NCBI GenBank assembly: GCA_947479645.1
Contig: CANKAJ010000007.1
Span: 559-64,558 of the forward strand
Source: Betaproteobacteria bacterium
GTDB taxonomy: Bacteria; Pseudomonadota; Gammaproteobacteria; Burkholderiales; SG8-39
Direction of reading: 5' to 3'
Length of the DNA stretch: 64,000 bases
Shown here one piece after another: positions 1 through 9,443 of this stretch. Both the position numbers and the translations under genes were made by a program. Within the stretch, counting starts at the first letter, position 1; every line of letters begins with the position of its first letter. The notes under the pieces were generated by a model. It made no database searches, had not been told where the DNA came from, and worked only from the letters and a program-made list of their open reading frames with translations.

Positions 1-1497
1 GCCGGTCAGGTCCACGTGATTGATGCTCTTGGACATCAGCAACAGGTGCTTCTGGTCGGCGGAGTGCTTGCGCAGCTTGTCGAAGTGCTGCTCGACATGG
101 TTTGCAGCTCCAAAGTAGATGGAACCTTCGATGCGCAGAATTTTCATCTGCGGGCACTCCTGCAGCCCGGGTTCCACTTCGGTGATCTTGCGCAGTGGAT
201 GCCTGGGATCAGGCACAAGGCTGCGCAGTGTGGGATGGGATGTGCGGTTCAGGTAGAGCACCAGGGAGGCGGCAACTCCGACCAGGATTGCAATCTCCAG
301 GTCAAGCACGAAGGTTGCGAAGAAGGTGGTCAGCAGGACAGCAAGGTCCTTGGGATCGGTCCTGAACGCGCGACGAACATAGTTCCAGTTGATCATGCCG
401 ATGGCGGCCAGTATCAGCACGCCTGCGATGACCGCGATGGGCAGATAGGAGAGCAGCGGCGCGATGCCCATCAGTATGAGCATCAGCAGGACTGCCGCGA
501 TGATAGTCGACAGGGGGGTGCGGGCGCCCGCCTCATAATTGATGCTGCAGCGATTCAACGAGGCGCTGCAGGGGTAGCCGGAGAAAAAGCCGCCGGCGAT
601 ATTGGCCAGGCCGAAGCCGATGAATTCCTGATTGTTGTCCAGGCGCTGCCCGGACTTGATTGCGAGGGCGCGCGTGATCGAAATCCCCTGGGTCAGCGAT
701 ACGATGGTAACGGCCACAGCGCCGCCCATGAGCATGCGTACCGAGTCCAGCGAAAAGTCCGGGCGAGACAGTGGTGGCAGCGATCCTGGAAGCGGTCCGA
801 GCGTCGTGATTGCCGTGTGTTCGGAGCCCAGGGCCGCGTTGAGCGCGAGTGCCGCCGCGCTGCCGACCAGAGTCGCCGTCAGCGTGCCAGGTATGCGCGG
901 CAGCCAGCGGCGCGAAGCCATGCCTGCCACGATGGTGCAGATGGTCACGATCACAACCCAGGGTTTGGTTTCGTGAAGGTTGCCCAGGGTCAGCGCCAGT
1001 GATTTCATGAATCCCGCCACAGCCGGCGCATTGATGCCAAGGGCGTTACGCAGCTGGCTGCCGATGATCAGGACCGCCAGCGCGCCGGTGAAGCCGACGA
1101 CGACCGCATCGGACATGAAGTTGACCAGCGCGCCCATGCGTAGCAATCCCATCGTCGTCATCAGCACGCCGCAGACCAGCGCCAAGGTCAACGCAAGCTT
1201 GATGTACTCAGGGGAGCCTGGCAAGGCAAGCGGTGATAGGACAGCGAACACCATCAGCGATATGGAATTGGCCGGACCGACTACGGCATGCAGGGATGAA
1301 CCAAACAGGGCGGCGATAATGGTGGGCACCATGGCCCCGTACAGGCCGTATTCGGGCGGCAGGCCGGCGAGCATTGCGAAGGCCATGCCTTGCGGCAATA
1401 CGACGATGGCGCCAACCAGGCCTGCCAATGAATCCGCGCGCAGGCTGTCGCGGTTGACCAGGGGCCACCAGTTCAGGAAGGGTAGATAGCGGTTCAT
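1..1497 (-). CDS. SulP-family anion permease with C-terminal STAS domain (3' end cut by window edge)
   Basis: Absent from the ORF track because it is open at position 1. Reverse complement from ATG at 1497 reads MNRYLPFLNWWPLVNRDSLRADSLAGLVGAIVVLPQGMAFAMLAGLPPEYGLY (SulP N-terminus), then many hydrophobic segments. Near position 1 it reads MKILRIEGSIYFGAANHVEQHFDKL (STAS-like). The + strand ORFs 16..1002, 632..976 and 980..1489 are shadows. Confidence 0.85.
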   Translation of the reverse strand, partial: MNRYLPFLNWWPLVNRDSLRADSLAGLVGAIVVLPQGMAFAMLAGLPPEYGLYGAMVPTIIAALFGSSLHAVVGPANSISLMVFAVLSPLALPGSPEYIKLALTLALVCGVLMTTMGLLRMGALVNFMSDAVVVGFTGALAVLIIGSQLRNALGINAPAVAGFMKSLALTLGNLHETKPWVVIVTICTIVAGMASRRWLPRIPGTLTATLVGSAAALALNAALGSEHTAITTLGPLPGSLPPLSRPDFSLDSVRMLMGGAVAVTIVSLTQGISITRALAIKSGQRLDNNQEFIGFGLANIAGGFFSGYPCSASLNRCSINYEAGARTPLSTIIAAVLLMLILMGIAPLLSYLPIAVIAGVLILAAIGMINWNYVRRAFRTDPKDLAVLLTTFFATFVLDLEIAILVGVAASLVLYLNRTSHPTLRSLVPDPRHPLRKITEVEPGLQECPQMKILRIEGSIYFGAANHVEQHFDKLRKHSADQKHLLLMSKSINHVDLTG

Positions 1498-1712
1498 GGC
1501 GCGGCGGGGGCTGTTTTGATCGATGCAGTCGCCATGTTAACAGGGAATGGACATTCAACCTGCCTACGTGTCAATCGATGCGATGCCGGCAAGGCGCCAC
1601 TGCCGGGCCGCATTGCCGGAAACTCGCGGCAACAGTTGGCAATATTGTGTTTGACTGCCCGAGAGGCGAGTCCTACCATGCTTGCGCACACCACTCATCC
1701 AGGCAGGCACTC

Positions 1713-2549
1713 ATGCCCAAATTCTGCGCCAATCTCAGTATGCTGTTTACCGACGTGGAATTTCCGGATCGTTTCGATGCCGCAGCGCAGGCGGGCTTTC
1801 GCGGGGTTGAGTTCCATTTTCCCTATGCGTTCAAACGTGAAATGCTGGTCGAGCGCATGCAGCGCGCCGGCGTGGAGACCGTTCTGTTCAATCTGCCGCC
1901 GGGCAACTGGGAAAAAGGTGATCGAGGGATCGCATGCTTGCCCTCGCGCATGTCGGAGTTTCGCGATGGCGTCGGATTGGCTATCGAGTATGCGCGCGCG
2001 CTCGGTTGCAGGCGCCTCAACATGCTCTCTGGCGTTGTGCCTGAGTCGGGACGCCGTATTCCCGTCGATGTGCTGCGCGAGACCTTCATTTCCAATCTTC
2101 GTTACGCTGCCGGCGCGCTTGAGCGCGAAGGCATTGCCCTGATGATAGAGCCGATCAATACACGTTCGATTCCGGGCATCTACCTGAAGTATTCGACGCA
2201 GGCCTTGGCGCTGATACAGGAAGCGGCGGTGTCCAATGCCTGGCTGCAATACGATATTTTTCACATGCAGATCATGGAAGGGGATCTGGCCAAAACCATG
2301 GAGTCGAATCTTCCTCGTATCGGCCATATACAGATCGCCGATGCGCCGGATCGTCATGAGCCCGGTACGGGTGAAATCAATCATGGCTATCTCTTTTCGC
2401 TGCTTGACCGACTGGGATACGGGGGCTGGATCGGCGCCGAATACCTGCCTGCCGACACGCGTCCGGGTGGAACGCAGACCGGACTGGGGTGGTTCAAGCC
2501 CTACCAATTGACCGGGGCCGAACCGTCGGCGGCCGTGCCCGCTGCTTGA
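1713..2549 (+). CDS. hyi: hydroxypyruvate isomerase (xylose-isomerase-like TIM barrel)
   Basis: MPKFCANLSMLFTDVEFPDRFDAAAQAGFRGVEFHFPY is a typical Hyi N-terminus. ATG at 1713 preferred over the in-frame upstream start at 1578. Sits directly upstream of glcD. Confidence 0.8.
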   Translation: MPKFCANLSMLFTDVEFPDRFDAAAQAGFRGVEFHFPYAFKREMLVERMQRAGVETVLFNLPPGNWEKGDRGIACLPSRMSEFRDGVGLAIEYARALGCRRLNMLSGVVPESGRRIPVDVLRETFISNLRYAAGALEREGIALMIEPINTRSIPGIYLKYSTQALALIQEAAVSNAWLQYDIFHMQIMEGDLAKTMESNLPRIGHIQIADAPDRHEPGTGEINHGYLFSLLDRLGYGGWIGAEYLPADTRPGGTQTGLGWFKPYQLTGAEPSAAVPAA

Positions 2550-2551
2550 AC

Positions 2552-4030
2552 ATGCGGGCTGAGCCGATCAATTTTATCCGTCAGGCCGAGGTGGTGGGGC
2601 GTCTGCTCGCGGTATTGCCGCGCGAAGCCGTGCTGTATCAAAGCGAAGATACCCGACCCTACGAATGCGATGGCCTGTCGGCGTACCGCCAGGTACCCAT
2701 GATTGTCGCGCTGCCTGCTGACGAGGCGGAAGTGCAGGCGGTGCTGAGGATTTGTCACACATTGCAGGTGCCAGTGGTGGCGCGTGGTGCCGGGACCGGC
2801 TTGTCCGGAGGGGCATTGCCGATGGGTGACGGCGTGCTGTTGTCGCTGGCAAAAATGAAGTCGATCCTTGCGGTGGATCCGGTCGCATGCGTTGCGCGCG
2901 TGCAACCGGGAGTGCGCAATATCGCCATCTCCGAGGCGGCGGCGCCCTATGGACTGTATTACGCGCCGGATCCGTCATCGCAGATTGCCTGCACCATCGG
3001 TGGCAATGTCGCGGAAAATTCCGGCGGCGTGCATTGCCTGAAATACGGTCTGACCGTACATAACGTGCTGCGCGTGCGCGGCCTTGGCGTGACGGGTGAG
3101 ATCATTGAGCTAGGCTCGGAAGCACTCGATGCCCCCGGCTATGACCTGCTCGCCCTGGTGATCGGCAGTGAGGGCATGCTGGCGATTACTACCGAGGTCA
3201 CGGTGCGCCTGATTCCGAAGCCCGAGGTGGCGCGCTGCATCATGGCATCCTTCGATGACGTGGAAAAGGCTGGAAACGCGGTGGCAGACGTAATCGGCGC
3301 CGGCATTATCCCGGCTGGACTGGAGATGATGGACAGGCCGGCGACGCGTGCTGTCGAGGAGTTTGTGCACGCCGGCTATGACCTGGATGCCGCTGCTTTG
3401 CTGTTATGCGAATCGGATGGCACGGCGGAAGAGGTTGAAGAGGAAATAGCGCGCATGAGCGGTGTATTGCGTCGTTCCGGCGCCACCGGAATACGCATCT
3501 CGGCAAGCGAAGCTGAGCGCTTGAAATTCTGGGCCGGTCGCAAGGCGGCTTTTCCTGCGGTTGGGCGTATTTCGCCAGATTACTATTGCATGGACGGCAC
3601 CATCCCGCGCAAGCGCCTCGGTGAAATTCTCCGGTTCATTGCCGCCATGGAATCGAAATACGGACTGCGCTGCCCGAATGTCTTCCACGCCGGCGACGGC
3701 AACCTGCATCCGCTGATTCTGTTCGATGCCAACAATCCCGATGAACTTGAGCGCACCGAGCGCTTTGCCGGCGAAGTACTGGAGAAGTGCATCGCGGTTG
3801 GCGGTACCATCACCGGCGAGCATGGGGTCGGGATAGAGAAGATCAACCAGATGTGCATGCAGTTTTCTGCCAGTGAGCTGGCCTTGTTTCGCAGGGTAAA
3901 GCAGGCATTCGATGCCGATGGCCTGCTCAATCCGGGAAAAAACATTCCCACGTTGCATCGCTGCGCGGAGTATGGTCGCATGCACGTGAAAGGCGGACAA
4001 ATGCCACATGGCGACTTGCCGAGATTTTGA
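2552..4030 (+). CDS. glcD: glycolate oxidase FAD-linked subunit GlcD
   Basis: FAD-binding PCMH-type motif VVARGAGTGLSGGALP and C-terminal GTITGEHGVGIEK. ATG at 2552 lies just after the hyi stop. Followed by glcE and glcF. Confidence 0.9.
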   Translation: MRAEPINFIRQAEVVGRLLAVLPREAVLYQSEDTRPYECDGLSAYRQVPMIVALPADEAEVQAVLRICHTLQVPVVARGAGTGLSGGALPMGDGVLLSLAKMKSILAVDPVACVARVQPGVRNIAISEAAAPYGLYYAPDPSSQIACTIGGNVAENSGGVHCLKYGLTVHNVLRVRGLGVTGEIIELGSEALDAPGYDLLALVIGSEGMLAITTEVTVRLIPKPEVARCIMASFDDVEKAGNAVADVIGAGIIPAGLEMMDRPATRAVEEFVHAGYDLDAAALLLCESDGTAEEVEEEIARMSGVLRRSGATGIRISASEAERLKFWAGRKAAFPAVGRISPDYYCMDGTIPRKRLGEILRFIAAMESKYGLRCPNVFHAGDGNLHPLILFDANNPDELERTERFAGEVLEKCIAVGGTITGEHGVGIEKINQMCMQFSASELALFRRVKQAFDADGLLNPGKNIPTLHRCAEYGRMHVKGGQMPHGDLPRF

Positions 4031-4065
4031 AGCAGCTGATTATTCAACGAAAGAGCGGTCCGGAA

Positions 4066-4872
4066 ATGCAAACAGACAAGCGAAACAAAAATAACAGTTC
4101 GATCGTTTCATTGATTCGCGCTTGCGGGGTGCTGAGTATTGCCGTGATGCTGATGCCAATGCCGGCATGGGCCATCAGCGATGAGATCCAGGTGTACACC
4201 GACGATATCAACGAGCCGGGCGAGCGCGGCCTTGAATTGCACGTCAATACAACGCCGCGCGGGCGCAACACCCCTGGCTACCCCGGCGAGTTGCCGGCCT
4301 ACCGTGGCCTGCGTGTCACGCCCGAGTTTTCCTGGGGGCTGACCAAAACCCTGGAGGCGGGGTTTTACCTGCCGATGGCAACCAGCGCCCAGGGCGACGT
4401 TTATCTGGGCGGCGCCAAGGTCCGACTCAAATGGCTGCCGATACGTGATCACAAGGGCTGGTACCTTGGCGCCAACGGAGAAATTTCAAATATGACCAAG
4501 AAATTCTCCGAGTCGCGCGTCGGTACGGAACTGCGTGTCATGGTCGGATACCGGACGGAAAACTGGCTGTTCGGCATGAACCCCATCCTTGGCTGGGATT
4601 TGTCGCCGGGATATCGGGGGAGTCCGGACGCGACGATGACCTACAAGGTGGCGCGCAAGGTCGGCGATGGCATTTCGCTGGGTGCGGAATATTATGACGG
4701 CATGGGCAAGCTGAACAATCGTCTGCCGCTCGGGCAACAGGACCACACCTTTTATCTGGTGATGGATTACGACCGCAAGCCATGGGTATTCAATTTCGGC
4801 ATCGGACATGGCCTCAACAGCGCTTCGGATTCATGGACGGTAAAGGCCATTTTCGAACTTCCGTTCAATTGA
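4066..4872 (+). CDS. predicted outer-membrane beta-barrel protein (unknown substrate) embedded in the glc operon
   Basis: Sec-type signal ending PMPAWA/ISDE. Alternating hydrophobic pattern throughout and an aromatic C-terminus FELPFN. An alternative TTG start at 4027 overlaps the glcD stop (TTGA). Confidence 0.6.
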   Translation: MQTDKRNKNNSSIVSLIRACGVLSIAVMLMPMPAWAISDEIQVYTDDINEPGERGLELHVNTTPRGRNTPGYPGELPAYRGLRVTPEFSWGLTKTLEAGFYLPMATSAQGDVYLGGAKVRLKWLPIRDHKGWYLGANGEISNMTKKFSESRVGTELRVMVGYRTENWLFGMNPILGWDLSPGYRGSPDATMTYKVARKVGDGISLGAEYYDGMGKLNNRLPLGQQDHTFYLVMDYDRKPWVFNFGIGHGLNSASDSWTVKAIFELPFN

Positions 4873-4890
4873 ACGTTGCGGTCGCAATCC

Positions 4891-5967
4891 ATGATTGAAG
4901 TGCCGGAGCAATGGGCGAGTGCCGTGCGCGCGGCGACACAGTCTGGGTGCCCGTTGCGCATCCGTGGTGGCGGCACCAAGGATTTCTACGGGCACAATTG
5001 TGACGGTGAGCTGTTGGATACCCGTGCCTACGCCGGGATCGTCGATTACGAACCGTCCGAACTGGTCGTCACCGCGCGCTGCGGAACGAGGCTTGCCGAA
5101 CTGGAGTTGGTGCTCGCAGCCAGCGGCCAGATGCTGGCCTTCGAGCCGCCGCATTTTGGTGCCGATGCAACCGTGGGCGGCATGGTCGCGGCAGGCCTGT
5201 CGGGGCCGCGGCGCCAGGCTGCGGGAGCCTTGCGCGACTATGTGCTGGGCGTGAAAATTCTCGACGGAAATGCCGACATCCTTGCTTTCGGCGGCCAGGT
5301 GATGAAGAACGTTGCCGGCTACGACGTGTCCAGGCTGATGGCGGGTTCGCTCGGCACGCTGGGTATCATTCTTGAAGTGTCACTGAAGACGCAGCCCGTG
5401 CCGGTGGCGCAGGCGACATTGCGTTTTGATCTTCCCGAGGAAAAGGCGGTGGCGCTGTTGAATCGCTGGCATGGCAGGCCTTTACCGGTCTCCGCGAGTG
5501 TCTGGCACGACGGTGATCTGAGTGTGCGCCTGTCGGGAGCGGCAGCGGCGGTAAAGGCTGCAGTTGCCAGTCTGGGTGGCGAGCGGATGGATGACGAACA
5601 GGCGACGCATCTCTGGACTAGCATTCGTGAACATACCACCCCATTTTTCCGCGTGGATGTGCCACTGTGGCGGCTGTCGGTGCCCTCAAGCCTGCCGGTT
5701 GATGCCATCGGTCTCGATCGGCATGGCGAGCGCCTGATCGAGTGGGGCGGCGCATTGCGCTGGGTCGCCGGCCATGTCGATGGCCGTGTCCTGCGCGAAG
5801 CGGTGGCTGAAGTGGGCGGCCATGCGACGCTGTTTCGCGGCCTTGATAAAACGTCTGGCGTCTTTCAGGCCTTGCCGCCGGCACTGATGGGCATTCATCG
5901 CAACATCAAGTCGGCCTTCGATCCTCACGGCATCTTCAATGCCGGTCGCATGTACCCGGGGCTCTAG
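4891..5967 (+). CDS. glcE: glycolate oxidase FAD-binding subunit GlcE
   Basis: FAD_binding_4-like N-terminus (PLRIRGGGTKDFYG, GAGLSGPRR). Position between glcD and glcF. ATG 4891 (alternative TTG 4876). Confidence 0.85.
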   Translation: MIEVPEQWASAVRAATQSGCPLRIRGGGTKDFYGHNCDGELLDTRAYAGIVDYEPSELVVTARCGTRLAELELVLAASGQMLAFEPPHFGADATVGGMVAAGLSGPRRQAAGALRDYVLGVKILDGNADILAFGGQVMKNVAGYDVSRLMAGSLGTLGIILEVSLKTQPVPVAQATLRFDLPEEKAVALLNRWHGRPLPVSASVWHDGDLSVRLSGAAAAVKAAVASLGGERMDDEQATHLWTSIREHTTPFFRVDVPLWRLSVPSSLPVDAIGLDRHGERLIEWGGALRWVAGHVDGRVLREAVAEVGGHATLFRGLDKTSGVFQALPPALMGIHRNIKSAFDPHGIFNAGRMYPGL

Positions 5968-5969
5968 GC

Positions 5970-7226
5970 ATGCAGACCGCACTCGCCGATTTCATCAAGG
6001 ACACACCTGAAGGCAGGCAGGCCGATGCCATCCTGCGCAAGTGCGTCCACTGTGGCTTTTGCAATGCAACCTGTCCGACCTATCAGTTGCTCGGTGATGA
6101 GCTGGATGGTCCGCGCGGTCGCATCTACCTCATGAAGCAGGTTCTCGAAGGTGCGCCGGTGACGGTGAATACCCAACTGCATCTGGATCGCTGCCTGACC
6201 TGCCGCGCCTGTGAAACAACCTGTCCGTCCGGCGTGCAGTACGGGCATCTGGTGGATATCGGGCGGGCCATTGTCGACAGCAAGGTGCCGCGATCGCTGA
6301 CGGATCGTATCAAGCGTCGCATGCTGTCACTGGTGCTGCCGCGGCGGGCCCTGTTCGGGCCGCTGATGTTTCTGGGCGGTATGTTCAGAGGCTTGCTGCC
6401 CGAGGTGCTGGCAAGCAAGATTCCCGAGGCCGTGGCGAGTGCAGGTTCCTGGCCTGCTCCGCGCCATGCCCGCAGGATGCTGGTGCTGGCAGGGTGTGTG
6501 CAGCCGGTGTTGTCCCCGGACATCAATGCCGCCGCGGCGCGCGTACTCGATCACATCGGCATTTCATTGAGCGAAGTCGCGGGTGCGGGTTGTTGCGGTG
6601 CTTTGCGCTACCACCTCAACCATCAGACAGATGGATTGAATGACATGCGCCGCCTGATCGACGCCTGGTGGCCGCTGGTGGAGCGCGGTGAAGTCGAGGC
6701 CATCGTGATGACGGCGAGTGGCTGTGGCGCAACAGTGAAGGATTACGCGCATTTGTTCGCAGGCGATGCGAATTACCGTGACAAGGCTGAGCGCATCAGC
6801 GCGCTGACCAGGGATCTGAGCGAAGTGCTGGTGGCTGAACGCGATCGGCTGATGACCTTGCTGGCCGGCCGGCCAGCATCTCTGGCGGCGGCGACCAAAG
6901 TGGCTTTTCATGCCCCCTGCACATTGCAGCACGGACAGAAGTTGCGTGGCGGCATTGAGTCGTTGCTGACCGCGACGGGATGCGAACTGACGCCGGTAGC
7001 CGATGCACATCTATGTTGCGGATCGGCAGGGACGTATTCGCTGTTGCAACCTGCGCTGTCGGGCAGATTGAAGGAGGCCAAACTAGAGGCGCTGCAGTCC
7101 GGTGCACCGCAACTCATCGTGACCGCCAATATCGGTTGCCAGAATCAGCTCGCATCGGGCAGTACCGTGCCGGTGCGGCACTGGATCAGCGTGCTGGACG
7201 AAGCGCTGTTGCAGGCACACCCCTGA
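5970..7226 (+). CDS. glcF: glycolate oxidase iron-sulfur subunit GlcF
   Basis: Two ferredoxin-type clusters, CVHCGFCNATCP and CLTCRACETTCP, followed by Cys-rich CCG-type repeats (GCCG, LCCGSAG). Confidence 0.9.
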   Translation: MQTALADFIKDTPEGRQADAILRKCVHCGFCNATCPTYQLLGDELDGPRGRIYLMKQVLEGAPVTVNTQLHLDRCLTCRACETTCPSGVQYGHLVDIGRAIVDSKVPRSLTDRIKRRMLSLVLPRRALFGPLMFLGGMFRGLLPEVLASKIPEAVASAGSWPAPRHARRMLVLAGCVQPVLSPDINAAAARVLDHIGISLSEVAGAGCCGALRYHLNHQTDGLNDMRRLIDAWWPLVERGEVEAIVMTASGCGATVKDYAHLFAGDANYRDKAERISALTRDLSEVLVAERDRLMTLLAGRPASLAAATKVAFHAPCTLQHGQKLRGGIESLLTATGCELTPVADAHLCCGSAGTYSLLQPALSGRLKEAKLEALQSGAPQLIVTANIGCQNQLASGSTVPVRHWISVLDEALLQAHP

Positions 7227-7279
7227 GGAAGAGTCTCGTGCGCTATGACACTGCTTATCGTGATGTGATCACGCAGAAT

Positions 7280-7855
7280 ATGGCTCGCTTTGTTGCGACC
7301 CCAATGGAGTCCGGGGGGCTCAAGCGTGCTGCCGTGGGTTTGATCGTGACCGATGATGGCGAGGGCGGCGCGGCCCTGGTGCTGACGCGGCGGGCGACGA
7401 AGCTGAATTCGCATTCCGGGCAGTGGGCGTTGCCCGGTGGGCGCCTCGAAGACGGCGAAAGCCCGGCGCAAGCCGCGCTTCGAGAAGCGCGCGAGGAGAT
7501 CAACCTTGAGCTTTCCGGCGACACCATCCTGGGTGTGCTCGATGATTACCCGACGCGGTCGGGTTACCTCATCACCCCGGTGGTGGCGTGGGCGCCGGCC
7601 GGCGCCACGATGAGCCCCAATCCGGCTGAAGTGGCACGGATTCACCTCATGGCATTGACGGTATTCAACCGGCCCGGTTCGCCAGAATTCGTGTCAATAC
7701 CGGAGAGCGACCGACCGGTGGTTCGCTATCCGGTCACGGATCAGTACATCCATGCGCCCACCGCGGCGGTGCTCTACCAGTTCATGGAAGTGGCCGTGCA
7801 CGGCCGCCCCACGCGCGTTTCGCACCTGGAGCAGCCGGTGTGGGCCTGGCGTTAA
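7280..7855 (+). CDS. NUDIX hydrolase, CoA-pyrophosphatase type
   Basis: NUDIX box GGRLEDGESPAQAALREAREEINL preceded by LVLTRRATKLNSHSGQWALPGG, which fits the CoA pyrophosphatase signature LLTxR..H.G...FPGG. ATG 7280 (alternative GTG 7238). The long upstream part of ORF 6980..7855 overlaps glcF and is not coding. Confidence 0.8.
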   Translation: MARFVATPMESGGLKRAAVGLIVTDDGEGGAALVLTRRATKLNSHSGQWALPGGRLEDGESPAQAALREAREEINLELSGDTILGVLDDYPTRSGYLITPVVAWAPAGATMSPNPAEVARIHLMALTVFNRPGSPEFVSIPESDRPVVRYPVTDQYIHAPTAAVLYQFMEVAVHGRPTRVSHLEQPVWAWR

Positions 7856-7887
7856 CCTTGTTTGGGCTGAGAGCGCACTCCAAAATA

Positions 7888-7998
7888 CTTGTCATTCCGA
7901 AGTCATCCTCCAGGGGGACTTCCTTCGGGGCGAAGACTGAGGAATCTGCTGTTGCCTTTGTTAAGCAGCAGATTCCTCACTACGTTCGGAATGACAGG
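7888..7998. repeat. nested-palindrome intergenic repeat, full copy A
   Basis: Outer arms TGTCATTCCGAA / TTCGGAATGACA. Inner arms GAGGAATCTGCTG (7939..7951) / CAGCAGATTCCTC (7966..7978). Extra stems GAAGTC/GACTTC and CTTCG/CGAAG. Lies between convergent genes. Confidence 0.85.
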
Positions 7999-8024
7999 GT
8001 TACCCGTTTGTAAACTTGAATTGT

Positions 8025-9191
8025 CTACGGACCCGCGCGCAGGCGATTGCGCGCGATGAGCATGCGGTGCACTTCCGAAGGTCCTTCCAGAATCCGCCAC
8101 ACGCGGATGCGGTTGGCCATGGCCTGCAGCGGCAGTTCCTTGGTCATGCCCATGGCGCCGAAGCACTGCATGGCGTTGTCGACGATGGTGGCCGACATTT
8201 CAGTGGCATAGATTTTGATCATCGACAGTTCGGATTTCAGCCGCTCGCCGTTCTTGATCCGGGTTGCGGCGTCGATGAGCATCAGGCGCAGCGCATGCAT
8301 CTGCATCACGCCATCGGCGATCCACCATTGCACGGCCTGGCGCTCCGACAGCGGCACGCCGAAGGTTTTGCGCTGCGGCGCGTGGTCCACCATCATGCTG
8401 ATGGCGCGTTCCGCCATGCCCAGGCACCAGGCACCCAGTTGCAATCGTCGCACCGACAGTCGTTGCTGCATCGGGCCATAACCCTGGCCTTCCTGTCCGA
8501 GCATCTGCGAGGCCGGAATGCGGCACTCTTCGAACAGCAGTTCGGAGGTGTAGGCGCCGCCGATCATCGGGATCTTGCGCACGTAGTTGAAACCCGGCGT
8601 TCCCTTGTCCACCAGAAATGCGGAAATGCCGCCCTTGGAACCCTTGCCCTTGTCGGTGGCGGCCATGACGATGCCGAAATCGGACTCGGGCACGCGGCTG
8701 ATCCAGATCTTGCGGCCGTTGATCACGTAGTCGTCGCCGTCGCGTCGCGCCGTCGTGGACATCGCCGACGGGTCGCCGCCGGCACCGGGTTCGGAGATGG
8801 CGATGAAGGATTTTTTCTCGCCGCGCGCATAGGGCTCGAGGTATTTTTTGCGTTGCTCCGGCGTCGCCGTCATCATCAGCATGGCAAGGTTGGGCGAATC
8901 GGGCAGCGGCTTGTAGGGGGTGATGGTCTTGCCCAGCTCGATGTGGATCGCGAGCATGACGTCGGGGGGGAGGTCCGATCCGCCAAATTCCTCAGGACTG
9001 TCCAGCCCCCACAGGCCAAGCGCCTGCGACTTGCGATTGAGCAGGTCTTCGTGTTCCGGGCTCAGCGTCAGACCTTCGCCGCGCGCTTCACGCGCCAGGA
9101 CATCGGCCTCCAGCGGCATCAGATCCTCGTTGACGAAGCGGATGACGACATCGCGGATCATGCGATGTTCTTCACTTTGCAAGAATTCCAT
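8025..9191 (-). CDS. acyl-CoA dehydrogenase
   Basis: 388-aa ORF with ACAD-like three-domain layout. Segments resemble the ACAD family: GLWGLDSPEEFGGSD, ISEPGAGGDPSAM, and a C-terminal helical domain ending EGPSEVHRMLIAR. ATG 9191 with AAGGAA SD. Confidence 0.9.
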   Translation of the reverse strand: MEFLQSEEHRMIRDVVIRFVNEDLMPLEADVLAREARGEGLTLSPEHEDLLNRKSQALGLWGLDSPEEFGGSDLPPDVMLAIHIELGKTITPYKPLPDSPNLAMLMMTATPEQRKKYLEPYARGEKKSFIAISEPGAGGDPSAMSTTARRDGDDYVINGRKIWISRVPESDFGIVMAATDKGKGSKGGISAFLVDKGTPGFNYVRKIPMIGGAYTSELLFEECRIPASQMLGQEGQGYGPMQQRLSVRRLQLGAWCLGMAERAISMMVDHAPQRKTFGVPLSERQAVQWWIADGVMQMHALRLMLIDAATRIKNGERLKSELSMIKIYATEMSATIVDNAMQCFGAMGMTKELPLQAMANRIRVWRILEGPSEVHRMLIARNRLRAGP

Positions 9192-9413
9192 TTTCGTTCC
9201 TTGTTATTCAGGTGTGGGAAGTATAACTGCCGGTGGGGGCGTGGTGGTTTTGTATGCTGGAAGGGTGAAATTTCAAGGGGCCTACGCTTGAAGATGGCCG
9301 ACTGGTGAGGGTTTACGGGCGTTTTTGCGTGAATGCTGCCCACCTCCCTAACCCTCCCCCGCGCTTCACGCAAGGGCGGGGAGTCGATTGGCTGAATGAA
9401 TGGGACAAAATGG

Positions 9414-9443
9414 CTTCGATGGCTATACCTTCGATGGCTATAC
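9414..9443. repeat. perfect tandem duplication of the 15-mer CTTCGATGGCTATAC, flanked by GGCTTC/GAAGCC
   Basis: Read directly: 9414..9428 and 9429..9443 are identical. Located in the 440-bp divergent region between the acyl-CoA dehydrogenase and the ABC exporter. Confidence 0.8.

Noticed and set aside
16-1489. Plus-strand ORFs 16..1002 (328 aa), 632..976 and 980..1489 at the left edge
   Set aside because: Arg/Gly/Ala/Gln-rich nonsense with no motifs. The opposite strand encodes an unmistakable SulP/STAS permease that the track omits because it is open-ended.
8016-9308. 430-aa plus-strand ORF antisense to the acyl-CoA dehydrogenase
   Set aside because: A typical high-GC shadow frame (His/Arg/Gly/Ala-rich, no motifs, no SD). 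The minus-strand gene has clear ACAD features. The same reasoning applies to 9543..10634, 11703..12755, 13652..14437, 17896..18672, 19441..20226, 23246..24034, 28096..28875, 38515..39534, 56194..57030, 59889..60680 and 61712..62758.
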